DNA from: Lytechinus pictus
Taxonomy: Eukaryota
Reading direction: 5' to 3'
DNA length: 64,000 bases
NCBI RefSeq assembly: GCF_037042905.1
Contig: NC_087251.1
Span: 44,952,001 to 45,016,000 of the forward strand
The notes under the pieces are model-generated. The model was not told where the DNA came from and searched no databases. It was given only the letters and a program-made list of their open reading frames with translations. Position 1 is the first letter of the stretch, and each line of letters opens with the position of its first letter. Below are positions 1 through 13,794 of this stretch, piece by piece. A program made the position numbers and the translations under genes.

Positions 1-737
1 GACTTCCACATTACATTACTTTAGTACCCATTTTACTTAAACTCTCTCTTCATCTAGTCTATCACAAGCTCAAGTGTTCTTTTTTACGCGAGAACATGTT
101 CATTTAATATTATATTGTTGATAAATTTTTTTTGATATCATTAGAATTAGCAATTTTTTTTCACTTTTCAGTGTCCAAATGTGAGAGTTGTATCGCAGAT
201 CATGTTTGCATTGACAAATTGGAAGATCTACGTTGCATTATTGATCTCGACATTCAAATGCTCAAAACTTTCTTTTTGCTAGTCCAAATTCAGTCTAACT
301 CTCATTGATCTTATCCTATGATTTTTCTGCTTAAATTACATAAAACCAACATGCTCCAAATGTTTCATTCTCTTTAAAGATGCTCTTGTAGTTTCAAAAG
401 TTGCCATAAGTATGCTCTCTCTTTTAATACAGGGGAGCATTTCATGAAACATTAATAGTAAATGATCTTCACTGACAATTGTTATAAGCTGCTGAAAACC
501 TTGCATCTGATTGGCTTAGAGCAAATTTGTCTAGTGAAAATCAATGACAAGATGCTTTATGAAACACTCCCCATGGCTGCTCCAGTAGTTTCATAATTAA
601 CAACGACTTCTCTTTGATAAGAAATAAAATCAATTTAAAAGCAAAATCTAACATCCACAGTTATGCAAGTTCGAAAAATTGCGGCAGGTTCAATAGAGAT
701 ACACATAAACAAATTAAAAAGGAGTGGTATTGTTTAA

Positions 738-1353
738 AGGTCAAGTCCACCCCAGAAAATATTGATTTGAATCAATAGAGAAAAATCAGACAAGCATAAA
801 GCTGAAAATTTCATAAAAATTGCATGTACATAATATAAGAAAGTTATGACATTTCAAGATTCCGCTTATTTTTCACAAAATAGTTATGCAAAATTAAGTT
901 AAATGCAAATGAGACAGTCGATGATGTCCATCACTCACATTTGTTTTGTTTTTTTATTGTTTGAATTATACACTTTTTCATTTTTTACAGATTTGACAAT
1001 AAGGACCAACTTGACTGAACCATAAAATGTTAAACAATGGTAAATCCATATGTTCAGGGAAAAATAGAACTTTTTGTCACAGGACAATGAGGAGAAAATT
1101 AGAAAGTATTATATTTCATATAATAAAATACAAAAGAAATAGTGAGTGAGTGATGTCATCAGTTCCCTCATTTGCATACCGACCGGGATGTGCATATAAC
1201 TGTTATGTGAAATTTGAAATTAAGCAACATTTTAAAATGCCACAACTTTATTATTTTACATCCGATTTTGATTAAATTTTCAGTGTTATGCTTGTTTTTT
1301 TTTATTTGTCTCTTTTTATTCATATCAACTTTTCGTTGAGGTGGACTTGTCCT
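738..1353. mobile_element. Kolobok/T2-type MITE, family A
   Basis: TTAA on both sides; TIR aggtcaagtccacc / ggtggacttgtcct. Related copies at 21358, 23331 and 62765. Confidence 0.85.
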
Positions 1354-1924
1354 TTAATGGTACAATGACTACAATTTTGCTTGTTTCTTGAAGTCAAAAT
1401 CAGATTTTCTATATCTGCCAAAATACCTGTACTACAGATTCTATCCCTTACCTGAGTGCATTCAAGGCCTTGGCATTTATCCAGCCATATTTTTGTTCTA
1501 ATCTCTTACAAATACTTGTTCCCGATTCATGTATCCAGGGTATATATCAAAATAAGAAGGGAAAAAAAATGTTTGATGCTTGAATTAACAAGATACATAG
1601 CTCCCAATGGGGGATATGGTTGGAGCCTCTTGAAGAGATCCGGAGCATGATTTACTTTTTGTTTTAAACTTGGCACATGAACAAATAAACATTCATTTAG
1701 GCAGGAAGTGGAGCTGACACATGAACATGTTACATGATCCATTTGAATGTGGCATTCTCGTAGTTTCTCATTCTGCTCTGTTTATAGTACCCATCCGCCA
1801 TGTTGGCTTGATCTTTTTTCCTTTGAACACAATTCAATGCGCGAGAGAAGTCAGAGAACGTATGAATTCAGTAATCAACATTGATTTGACATATCAAGTC
1901 ACAAGATAGTCTATATACATGTGT

Positions 1925-2280
1925 ACCCGGAATCAGGATATCAGAAAAAAAATGATTTTTTTTTTTAAATGCAAATTCTTCTCTGTGAACTTCAAGCAAA
2001 GGTTTCACCAAGTTTTATTTTCAACTGCACAGTATTGAATCCGGATTCAGGACATCAGAAAAATAATATGTTTAATGCAAATTCTTCTCTGTGAACTTCA
2101 AGCAAAGGTTTCACCAAGTTTTATTTTCAATTGCACAATGTATCTGTTAATGATAATGATATTGAATCCAAATTCAGGACATCCGAAAATAATTATTTTT
2201 TAATGCAAATTCTTTGAACTTCAAGCAAAGGTTTCAACATGTTTTCTTTTCAATTGCACGATGTATCTGTTAATGATAAT
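1925..2280 (+). repeat. Three tandem copies of a ~110-125-bp unit
   Basis: Repeated tcaggacatcagaaaa...aatgcaaattcttctctgtgaacttcaagcaaaggtttcacc. Confidence 0.85.
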
Positions 2281-2662
2281 GAATTTGATTTATATAGCGT
2301 TTTTGCCAGAGGATGCAAAGTGCAATTATCACTACCCCTGCTTTAGCTTGAACTACCACTTTATGAGCAGTACTCAGTGCATTCAAGGAATTGATCCTAT
2401 ACCAACTACCCATTTTTACCTCAACTGATTGATTGGTTGATTGATTGATGGAATGATCAATCGGTTGATTGATTCTAGTTTGTCACTGGATCTATTATGT
2501 ATTTTTGTTTTATTTATTCACTGATTTATGAATTGATTGATTTTTGGGGGGTACATTTGCTGTCACATGTACTTCTTGGGTAATATCTCTTTCCTATTTG
2601 CCTTGTTTAAATGAAATATTCATATTGTCTCCCGATGATTTGTTTATTTCTGTATCTATCAG

Positions 2663-2735
2663 GTATGCTATCACTGTGTGGTTCTTTGATGCAGTAGAGA
2701 GAGCCAAAGCTAAAGCAGGTGGAATGGATACCTGA
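2663..2735 (+). CDS. EGLN1: Last coding exon of an Egl-9/EGLN1 (PHD2) HIF prolyl hydroxylase; upstream exons not seen in the window
   Basis: Acceptor ctatcAG at 2661-2662, then (R)YAITVWFFDAVERAKAKAGGMDT*, matching vertebrate EGLN1 RYAITVWYFDADERARAK with the intron splitting the Arg codon. Strong donor G|GTAAGT at 2752, so the exon is 2663-2751. Confidence 0.88.
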
Positions 2736-4006
2736 CAGACAGCCAAAAATGGTAAGTATGAAATGAAACTAATATTGTAAAACTAAATCCCCTAAAAAGT
2801 TTGGCACTGCATGGTCAATTTTATTAATTAATTATACTCTCGTAAATCCTTAGATTGAAATAGATAGCAATCTGGGACCAGTTCAAAGTTGGATTGAAGT
2901 TTTCAATCTTATTTTATTGAAACTTTCAATCCAATTTTGGATTGGTTCCTGACCACAATCTATTTTGATTGACTTTCAATCTACGGCATTTATGTCGTAA
3001 AACCTGAAAATTTGTATGATAATATTGTTATGAAGCAAAATCATGTTCTATTTCTTTAGTTTTTTTACTTTACATAAAAATTTACTAAATTTGGTGCCTG
3101 ATTAAAATCAAAATATAGGCCTACAGATATTTTTTTCTCTTTTGATTATGAACCATTCCTCAAGTATGGAATGGACTGAAAATTTCAGTATAATATACTA
3201 TATCATATGGAAATACTAAATGGTCTTTTAGTCTTTTTTAGATAGGTGGAAATAAGTGGTTGAAGGATACTTATTAGTAATAATTTTGAAATATAAAAAT
3301 TCAAAATTTCACCAAGAATCATTAGATAATAAAGATTAAAAATATCAATGAAATGCCATTTTCACAAAAAAAAATTGTAAATAGTTTTTATTGTACCTTC
3401 AGTATATCAAAAGACAAATTATTCAAGTCATCATGAACCATTAGAAATTGAAAATCATGATTTTAATACTATATAAAACATGGGGCATCTGCTCGTTTTT
3501 GATGTCACAAATAAAAATTTCAGATTCTAATAACTTTCTTAATCTTTGATGGATTTTCCTCAAACCTTCACAAATATTTTTTTTTTTTTCCTGTTATTGT
3601 TGCAATAAACTTTTGGTCAGGGTGAACATCCCCTTGAAGTATTTAACAGTATAGGGCAATCCACACTAAGCCTACTGTGCATTGATACAAGCATGACTAT
3701 AAACATGTTGATAGTTCATTGACCTCCATAACTTGCCATGCCTCCATTTGTCAGTTGTTGACTGACATGGCAGCTTCATCATCCGAAAACACTCCAAGAA
3801 TTCTCTCTTCTTTCTTTGTTATGTTGTATACACACAGGCAAAGCAATCAAGTTGTCTGCAGGCGCAGACCCTTGGGTTTCGCAATTCACATACTGCATAA
3901 TGCAAAGTCTTAAGTAGTGAGACTAGATTCACTATGTGCACTGTGGCTGGCTCTACTTACTTGACACAGACAGAGTCTTTAGAGTCTAGCCTTCACTCTA
4001 GACCAG

Positions 4007-4272
4007 GGCTCCGTCTTACAAAGAGTTACGATTGATGCGATCAGTCGCAACTATGGACCGCTAGCATTACAACATCTATTAGGCATGTTTGTTCAAAATA
4101 TTTTCAAGCTATGATGTATATTCATGCATTCATTGTTTTCTTGAAAATTCACTGTGCTTCTCTTTGCATTCAAAGGACATTGTGAAAAAATTTTGTTCAA
4201 AAAATTATGATTTCCATAGTTACAATTGATTGGATCAATCGTTTCAATCGTAACTCTTTGTAAGACGGGGCC
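4007..4272. mobile_element. PIF/Harbinger-type MITE (ggccccgtcttacaaagag family)
   Basis: TIR ggctccgtcttacaaagagttacg / cgtaactctttgtaagacggggcc with CWG flanks (cag/ctg). Same family at 17813 and 18151. Confidence 0.8.
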
Positions 4273-4510
4273 CTGTTATTGGTTGAAGTTTCAAATATGA
4301 GTCTCTGCTTTCAGACTAGCAATCAAGGGCTTCTTGGTATCGTCTCCCATGCATAGTAGTGTGCAGCCATTTGATTGAAAGGTGGACTCGATGTAATGAG
4401 AAATGTAAAATCAGGCAGTTGACTTTTCCATTCAGTCAGGGGCGTGTCCAGGATTTACCAAAACAGGGGGTCCCCTACTTATGAAGGAAAGAAAAGTGAC
4501 AAGGAAACAA

Positions 4511-4910
4511 GGTAAATTGCCAGTTCGTCTACTGCCAACTCGTCCACTCACCACATGGTCTACTTTCATTTAGTCTAATGCCATTCCGTCCAACATTTTG
4601 TCTAACAACAATTTGGTCCAATCATCACTTCGTCTAATCACCAATTCGTCTATTACCATTTCGTCTAATAACCAGTTGGTCTAATACCCATATTCTTTTC
4701 ATTCATTTAGCAAAATTAACACTTTAGTTTAATTAGACCAAATGGTATATGGACTAAATTGCTATTGGACCAACTGGTTATTAGACAGAATGGCATTAGA
4801 CTAAATGAAAGTAGACCATGTGGTGAGTAGACGAACTGATGATAGACCAAATGGTAGTAGACGAGTTGGCAATTGGACAAATTGGCATTAGACGAATTGT
4901 CAGGGTGAAC
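4511..4910. mobile_element. Palindromic MITE built from ttcgtcta/tagacgaa subrepeats
   Basis: The left half (ccatggtctactttcatttagtctaatgccatt) is the reverse complement of the right half (aatggcattagactaaatgaaagtagaccatg). Confidence 0.7.
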
Positions 4911-5039
4911 TAATAATAACATTAATGTTTCATCCATTTTTCATATCGTGATTTTTAAATAATTTTTCAAAATTTTTATTAATCATCAGCAAACAATATG
5001 ACACCTTTTTTACTACCGGTAGTTGATATAATTGGAGAG

Positions 5040-7020
5040 CTAAAATATGAAAAGTGAAAGTTGGAAAGAGGCAAAAAAGGGATGCTTGATACTTACATGT
5101 TTCTTAAGATAGAACAAGTTTCAGTGATGAAAGTGAAATTAAAATCCCCTGAAGAAATCTTGGGATATTTGATCAGTGTTTTGTTGCATGAAGGTTGCAG
5201 GCTTCAGGGACTAGTACGTTGTACATCTAACGCCATACCAAAAAAAAAAAACTCTACTCTTGGAGAGTCTTGGTAGGGATGCCTGGTATAAGATCATGTG
5301 GTATATTAGATGCATGGATGAGGTTGCTATTGCAACCAGACTTATCCCCCTGACGACGGGGAGCATTGTCATGTTGGCTGAACCGTGATCAGCGAGGTAT
5401 GTTGGCTACCTTTAATTGATCCTGTTTCCGTACGGTGGTGTGGCATAGCGAGTCGAGATGTCATACAGTCATTATATTCCTATCTCATGCATCCAACACG
5501 ATGATTGTCATTCTGTGAACCAACCTACAAAATGGCGCTCTACTTCCGGAATGAGGTGTTTTACAAAGAATTGAGCATGCGACGTTGCGAGAAACTTCTG
5601 CTCAATTGCAAATCAAGCTCTCAAGTCGCCGAATTAAGCATAATGGGTTGTTTCAAGAAAACTCAGTTGCAATTGAACGCATGTTGACCGTAAATTTGCG
5701 ATTAATCAAAGGAAATGGGCTTGATTTTGAATTCGAAATTAGTTCCTTGCAACGCCCCCATTTAAGTCTTGCCTAAATGCCAACATGCTCGCCGTATATC
5801 TAACGAGTAGCCTCATTGATTACTAGGCAGTAGCAAGAGTCCTCTGAGCATGATTTTACCGATGTGGCGCTGCATTATATACTGCACGCCACTGGGAATT
5901 TAATTTGACTATTACTAGTCACCCTTAAAAGTCTGTGCCAGATCCCACCATGCTTTTGTAAGGTCTTTCCGGTACTTCAGCCTACTTGATGGCTATTCTT
6001 TGTCCAACTGCAGAGAATGGATATGACAATAGCTTCATTTTATCCTTATGATCTTTCCACTGAAACCCTTCCTTGTATAAGCTTCAGTGTTTAGGAGATG
6101 ACGAGCTTTCATTACTGATTAGTCTTTGAATGGATGTAATAAATTTGTGTCTGGAAATGTGAAGAGTATAATGATTTAGCAAATTAAATCAGGTTTGAAG
6201 GTATATAATTACTTTACCATTTTATCTGAGGTTTATTTGTGACTGTATGGATCTTTATACTTAAATGTACCGTATATAAAAGAAAACCGAAATGTGGAAT
6301 ATTGGTCTAGTCGTATTAATCATTGGGTTCATTGCTTGGAAACATCATGGAACTGATTATACTATGTCAATCATATCTTTTAAGGTGCGCAGGCTGCTCT
6401 TAATCCCTCATCCGAAGCGTAGAGATGTCCATTTCCTAACGGTCCTTGGTACAGTGATATGTTGTTTAGAATGAGAAGACAAGAAAATTTTGGGGGACAT
6501 TTTCTGTTGTTTTACCATGGTGGTAAAAACGTGTTTGACTTTTAGGAGGCCTTCAACTCAAAGATAAAATGTTCTGCATATTCTTTAGGAATTCCCAGAA
6601 ACTTTTTTTTTTTTAATTACTCCCATCCCTGTTGAGTTTTCTATGAAAGTACAATCTAACACCCACAAAAGCAGTTAATTATCTGCCCCACCCTCTTCGT
6701 TAATAGGAAGCAGACAGTTGCACCCCCATGGGCCCCCATCACCTTTTCAAAATTCCAGGCTTGATTGCTGATGTCACGCATGGGATTGAAAGCCATGGTG
6801 AAAACCTTTATCCTGCGAAGCATGTCGCATAGTCTGCACTGCAGGCACAGACCCTGATTGAAACTTTGCTCAACAAGTGTGTCTCCGTGCAAAGACTAGC
6901 ACATACAAAACCTGCTGTTTAAGGGCCTTCGGTACACAAGGCATGGGTAGGCTGCAATTCAGACCCTTAACTCGAGTGAAGGGTTTGCATAGCAGACTAC
7001 ATGTCATGCACCATGCTGTG
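5040..7020 (-). mobile_element. Highly decayed, internally deleted L1/Tx1-clade LINE, interrupted by a small MITE at ~5553-5759
   Basis: Minus-strand fragments resembling Tx1 ORF1 zinc knuckles (FVCAS..H, CLQC), the ORF2 endonuclease start (IKVFTMAFNPMRD ~ I.T.NVNGLRD) and the linker KAWWDLAQTFK near 5950. Many stops and frameshifts. Confidence 0.45.
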
Positions 7021-7027
7021 AATAATA

Positions 7028-7192
7028 CAGGGGTGTGAGAGTTCAGATTTTTTCGTTTTTATTTTCAGCTAAATTTCAGCTTTTTTTTTGGCTTTCCTCT
7101 GCAAAAAGTATGGGAGCTCTTTCTATTTCAGACTTTTTCAACACTCTTCAGCTTTTTTCAGATCTTTTTATTTGTGACCACTCACACCCCTG
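7028..7192. mobile_element. Short MITE with caggggtgtgag TIR
   Basis: TIR caggggtgtgag / ctcacacccctg, flanked on both sides by ataata. Confidence 0.7.
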
Positions 7193-8159
7193 ATAATAGA
7201 ATGATGGAAGCATAGTCATGATGACCCAGATGGAGGATGACCCCGGAATAGGAGGCATCGTCTAGGATGGATGATTAGTCGTCGGTTCTCCGTCATGATC
7301 ACCGTTTCCTCATAATTAGTTATCCTAGACCCAGTTTTCTTTGACACGGGCTAGCATGGTCTATTATATCGTCATTATACTACTGCACTCATTGTAAAAT
7401 CCGTGTTCATGAGAGAGTATTTGGGTTAATTACACAAAACTAGAACTTCATCAAAGTCTAGGTCTCATATTCATGAAGACTTGTTATAACAACAAATTTA
7501 CAAGTTCTATATAACAAGTTTACTATTAGCCAATCATATTGAATAATTTCAGTAGCTTTTAACTGTTATTGCAAAATTTGTTATGATAAAAAGTTTATGA
7601 AAAGGGTGGGGGCCCAGATTGTAAGCATGTACATGTATCAAGGATTTTCATTTGTTTACATTTTGCATTGCATCATGAAAAAGAAGTATCCCGCATGACA
7701 TATCTCCTCTGCCAGTTCCATCCTGTAAAGAGAACAGTGTATTGCTTGATAGCATTTTTCTTTCCTAAGACAGAATATAATTTGTTGTAATATATCCAAT
7801 TTATTGCCTTTTTTGAAGGGGGGGGGTGTTCATTCTATTAATCATATAAAAGCAATTTAAACGTCTTAAGCAGATGAGCATGGAACTGTATATCAAACCG
7901 AAACAACAATCAGAGTGAGAGGTTCGCTTCAGTTTGGATCCTTTAGAAGCGTTATCGCATTACTTAAGATGAATTACTTCACGCCTCTAACCAAAACAGT
8001 ACTTTGAATTACATCATGACATTCTTTGACCCTCATGAAGTTGTACTTTATGATGCAGGTGCTGTTATAAACAGGTGATTTGTGTCATGGGATCGGTCGG
8101 GTAGGATCTCTATATAATTTGAAGTGCAAGGTCATTGTCAAGTGTTACCTGCTATTAAA

Positions 8160-8790
8160 TGTGCTATCGAGTTTCCTCCGCTTGGCTTCGAAACATACAT
8201 GGATTACATTTTTGGTCTCTTTCAGACGGGTCTTTAATACCTACCATTGAATACATTATGCAATTACCTCTGCTTGGCTTTTAGTTTTAAACATACAATG
8301 ATTACATGTTGAAGTCTTTTTTCAGATGGGCCTTTAATACCTATCATTTAAAACATTCAGTTGCTTGGCTTCAAAACATACATGAATTAAGTATTGAGTC
8401 TCTTTCCCACGAGTCTTGAATACCTACCATCAAATACATTATCTAGTTATCTCTGCTTGGCTTTGAAACATACAGGGATTATGTTGATTTTTTTTCAGAT
8501 GGATCTTTAACACTAGTATTATACATACTATCCAGTTACCTCTGCTTGGCTTCCAGACATAGATAGCATTTCATGTTGAGTCTTTTTCAGACAGGTCTTT
8601 AATATCTACCATTGCTTACCCTTTACCTCTGCTTGGCTTTAAAACATACATGGATCACATGTTGAGTCTTTTTCATACAGGCTTTTAATACCTACCTTAA
8701 AAATATTATCTGCATGGTTACTTCTGCCTTTGCTTCCAAGCATACATGGACTGCATATAAACTACATTTCAGACGCAAATTTAATAGCAT
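8160..8790 (+). repeat. ~7 tandem copies of a ~90-bp unit
   Basis: gcttggctt..aaacatac..ggattacatgttgagtctttttcaga recurs at ~8180, 8272, 8363, 8455, 8544, 8631 and 8726. Confidence 0.85.
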
Positions 8791-9245
8791 TCTGTACTGA
8801 CCACACAGAAACATTTCTAGCGCTACCTGAGGCCCTGTTACAACCGGTAATGTGGCAGTGATGCTTAATGTTACAATTATGCATTACTTACACATTGAAA
8901 TGAGTGTTTTGACTTCACAATCCAAAAGATGTGACTGGGCTTACTGTTAGCACTCTGTTAGGCTAACACGTTTCTGTGCAGCCGGCGATGGTTGATACTA
9001 TTTGAATGATTGTATTTTTGTTTGTCCTTGGGGAAAACAAATTTGAAGGACTCTGCTAATTTTCATTTTGTAATAGGTCCATTGTAATGCTAATGATGAG
9101 GATGCTTTAGGCAGAAAGTAAGTGGGAGGAGGAAGTATCATTCATCATGGCACCAGACTCGGTAATACTTAGAATGAAAAATGCTGACTGAAGTAAATGA
9201 GATATAAATATTTGCTCCTCATGATCTTTGTGGATATTATTTTAA

Positions 9246-9694
9246 AGGGGAAGTTTACCCTGACAAAAACTTTGTGGTAAATATAGCAGAAAAAGTAATA
9301 AGAAATATTGGTGACAGTTTGAGGAAAATCCTTTAAAGATTAAGAAAGTTTTCAGAAGTTCAAGTTTTTTATTTGTGATGTCATAAACGAGCAGCTGCCC
9401 CATATGTTATGTAATATAAAATGCATGTATTTCATTTTTTTATGGTTCATAATGGTTTATTATTATTTTTTTTTTAGAAGCGGGTGAGAAATCATTTGTG
9501 TATTGAAATACTGAAGGTACAATAAAAACCATTTTACAATTTTCTGAGAAAATGATATTTCATTGATTTTTTTTACCATATGATCACAAATCAAAAAATT
9601 AAAATTCATATAACTTTTTAATTCTTTGATGGATTTTCCTCAAACCTTTGCCAATATTTTTACAATAAATTTTTTGTCAGGGTGAACTTCCCCT
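9246..9694. mobile_element. Kolobok/T2-type MITE, family B
   Basis: ttaa|aggggaagtttaccctgacaaaaa ... tttttgtcagggtgaacttcccct|tcaa. Partial or degenerate copies at ~3310-3634, 11045-11679 and 12133-12390. Confidence 0.85.
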
Positions 9695-12673
9695 TCAATA
9701 ATAATTTTGGAGTTGGAGCTCTAGTTTCCTTTTATAAATGAATCCTTTGCCCAAACATTACTTTTAGATATATCATAGTATCCCAAAAAAGATAAAGATT
9801 TGCCTTGTTGTTATCATAAATCCCAGTTTTAATGATTTTCCTGGAATTGTATCACAATTTGCTATGCATTTTACATGACTACTACTAAAAAATATCTTTC
9901 GTTTAACATGATTTTTACATAGAACTGTACATAAATGATTTCCCAAATAGCCAAAAAAATGGGAATCGAAAATGAAATTATTCTCTGAATGCTATTGAAA
10001 ATCTATGCATTCTTCACCCATTCATACCCTATATTCCGATGACACATTTCAAGTCCATGTGAAAGTGCTCATTACGATAGCTTGCCGTCATGCGATGCAC
10101 ATTAGCGTCCTTGATGTTTGTACTCTGTCTAGAGCTATCAAGTTCAAACTGGTATCTGTGCTGTAGTGTAGGGTAAGGAAAGTTGCCCACCCCCCCCCCT
10201 CCCGTTTCATGTTACAAAAGTACATGTGTGATGTCATTGTTCGGAGAGGGGGGTTGGAGGGATGAAAAATGAGTCTTGAAGGGGGAAGGAAGGGTTACCA
10301 TGCAGTTGTGTGTACGTTACCAACAGTGTTATGAAACGCCATCATGGAGGTAAAGTTTAATGCAGTCACGATTGGAATGATCGATATTTAGATATTTTCA
10401 AACATCGTTTTGGCTCAGATTCTCACTATTGATTTTAATGACAATAGACATAATTTAAGACTAGGACTAAGACTATTTTTTAAGCAGTAACCCACCTGCT
10501 TACACCATGTATTTAGGTAAAAAAAATTAGTTCTGTTCCGAGTCCAACAAGAAAATCGTAGCAAAAGGGTACAAGAACCAGAAGTAGAAATAGAACTGCA
10601 TCATTTTCAACAAGTGGTTCACTAATTTTTCTCTAGTCTTTCTAAGCAAATTTCCATTTCATATTTCACTATGATATATATCCAGATTATCCTTTTAACT
10701 ATAATCTTTTTAACATTTTCACTTATCAAAACGAGAATGCTTTTATCCTAAAAAATATTAACCAATCATTTTAATATCTGGCTTATCAGCTTTACACGTC
10801 TACTCTTGCTATTAGTGATGGTTACGGTAGGAAGAAATTTGTATTGGCACACCGAGAGAGGAAACTGGGATTTATATGAAAGCAGAATTATTCCCTGAAA
10901 ACATATTGTAAGCATTACTGTCCAACTTGAGGGACGTTCACCTCAAGAATTATTGAAGAGATTTATTTCAGGAGTGATATATTTGCTGAAGAATAATACT
11001 CAACTCAAGTTATGCAGAATTTTACATCAAGTAAACATAATTAAAGGGGAAATTCACCCTGACCATAGGTTTATTTTAGTAAAAGTAGAGAAAACAAAAA
11101 AAATATTGACAAAGTTTTGATAAAAATCTGTCAAAGAATAAGTGTTATAAAATTTAAAATATTTGATATGTAAGCAGCTTTATATCATGTAATATAAATT
11201 TATTTATTTATTTATATATTTGTTTATTTTTTATTCAGTTACTTATTTATTTATTCATTTATTTGTTTGTTTGTTTATTCATTATTTCATTTATTTATTC
11301 ATTTATTGCTTTGTATATTTTTAATTCAATTATTTATTTATTTATTCATTCATTATTTAGGCCTATTCCTGATATTTATACAGGGTAGCACATGCCACCA
11401 ACTTTTTTTCAGTGGAACATGATGAATAGAAATATTTTTCTAACAAAATGGGGTATAAAGTTATATGTGCATGATTAAATATCTACCCCTCAAAGAAAAT
11501 CACTTAAATTTTTTTTCAGAAAATCGCATCTTTTTTTCTATCACATGATTTATGGAAGAGCTGCTTGTCTGTGATGTAACAAAGTCAAAAGATTTAACAT
11601 TCATAACTCTGTTATAGATCTTCACTGCAATTTTTCTCTATCATTAAAACCAACTTATTATCGGGATGAACTTCCACCATAAGGAAAATACACGAAGGAA
11701 TTACCTTATTGTATTTGACCACCAGAAAATAATTGAGGAAGAATTCAAACAGAGTATTGTTATTTTCCTAATAGTATATAGGATTGCTTATATTGATGGA
11801 TGATGTTTGAAGCCGATCGCAAATTCAGAAAAATGCTCTAGGGGGAACCTTCCTTTGTGGTTTAGGAAATATCTGACCACGTATAATTTCTAACAGAAGG
11901 CAAAATGATCTTCAGGGAGATTAATAATTTATTCAGTTGAAAATTGGGTTTTAATCCTGACAATGATAGATGTTGAATGAAGCCAATATCGTAAGGGTAA
12001 CTTAAAGATCATTCTTATTAGAGTGGTTAGAATATCTAATCGAGGAGCTTGGGTCTGTCCCACCTAGACATAATTTTAGCCAGCGTATTCCAACAATCTT
12101 TCACATGTTACCAGCCGTTTTTCCCCTATTAAAGGGGAAGTTCACCCTGACAAAAAGTTTATTGTAAAAATTGCAGAAAAAAATAATGAGAGATATTGCC
12201 AAAGGTTTGAAAAAATCCATCAAAGAATTAAAAAGTTATTAAAATTTTAATTATTTGATTTGTAAAATTAGAAGCAAGCAGCTTTCGTACATATCATATA
12301 GTAAAAAGTCAATGAAATGTTATTTTCTCAGAAAATTGAAAAAGGTTTTTACTGTACCTTCAGTATATCAATAGACATCATTTCACATTTTAATGTAAAC
12401 TTATCTTTGTAAAATCGTGGAATCTTAGCTCAAAATCAATAATTCTGATGATCACTTACACAGAAAAAGCATAAGTGGGACAGTGTATTAATATTTCTTC
12501 AAAAAATACCCGGCATTTGATGGATTTCCGTGCTCATTTTGCTCATTTCTCAGCAATTACGCATTTTTTTCCAGAGTTTTTTGGCACATATTTTTATTTA
12601 TACATACAGACACTTTGGCAGTAAATTTCATTGGATTCCTTTCAAACTCATTTTGAGATGGTTACCACAACAG

Positions 12674-12810
12674 GGGCCCGTTTCATAAAGAGTTATAACT
12701 GTGGTAACTTTGCCATTATGGCAATTTTGATTGGCTGCTGAGCCCTGTTGCCATGGTAGTTGCCATAATGGCAAAGTTACAACAGTTGTAACTCTTTATG
12801 AAACGGGCCC
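12674..12810. mobile_element. Near-perfect hairpin Harbinger-type MITE nested in the end of a TTAA MITE
   Basis: cag|gggcccgtttcataaagagtta ... taactctttatgaaacgggccc|ctg. It splits the host terminus (ccacaa...ggtatttatct), seen intact at 13562-13581. Confidence 0.8.
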
Positions 12811-13186
12811 CTGCATGGGTATTTATCTTTAAGTGTTTTTTATATATATATATATATGTACAGTATATCAAAAGCTGATTTTCCTGGAGGATATCATTTT
12901 CCCTAAAGGACATTCATGTTTGAGAACCTAGAGTAGTAAATACTTTTGAACAAGACACCCACATCTGGAGAGGTCACAATATGACCTTGTCGTTAAAACA
13001 AAAGCTAAATCTTTGCTCTTCTGGCAGCAAACCAAATAAATGACATTTAATTGATAGGCCGCTGGAATTATGATTTGAAGTGTCTTCTCCTTCTTGTCCC
13101 TAGCTCCTTTATACTTTAGTTTGTACAAAGTACCATGTTAAGTCATCTTGTTCATTTTCATACCTCCCTGAGATGCCATAACTTAA

Positions 13187-13581
13187 AGCTAAATGACAGT
13201 AGTTGCAGTAAAATACTGATTTCGTCAGAAAGTCTGTAAAACCAAGGTTAAGTATTACTATATCATCGTGGATCTAGATCTGGTACAGTTACATAAACTG
13301 AACTTTGTGAAATCATAATATCTAAGCTAAAACACGATCACACTGAAGATCGCCAACACAGATAAGCACACGTGGGACAGTGTATTATTATTGCTGGAAT
13401 AAAGACCCGACGGAAGTGACAGAATCCGCGCTTATTTTGCTTATTTCTCAGCAATTACACAATTTCTTCCAGAATCCTTTGGCACATATTTTGTATTCAT
13501 ACAAACAGACACTTTGGTGATCATTATATTAAATTCTGTAAAAAGTCATTTTGAGATCATCCCCACAACTGGAATTTATCA
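13187..13581. mobile_element. TTAA-flanked MITE (Kolobok-like)
   Basis: ttaa|agctaaatgacagt ... actggaatttatca|ttaa. Homologous to 12390-12828. Confidence 0.7.
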
Positions 13582-13794
13582 TTAAGTGCCTGTAAATTTA
13601 AGAAATGGTTCTTGTATAATTGTGTTCGCACTGCAAAATGTGACATGCTAAATGTCCCAGCAAAAGTTCTTGTAACTTTGAAAAGTAGGTCTGCCTAATA
13701 ACTTGTGGGTATTTCCTTTATAAAATGGAATTTTACAATTATTAATTTTCAGAACTGTTGATAATTCATGTAAGTTTTAATACCATTTTCACTT

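Noticed and set aside
9092..9192. Possible C/D-box snoRNA (ATGATGA..CTGA) in the EGLN1 intron
   Set aside because: No convincing terminal stem or rRNA guide recognised; such motifs are expected by chance.
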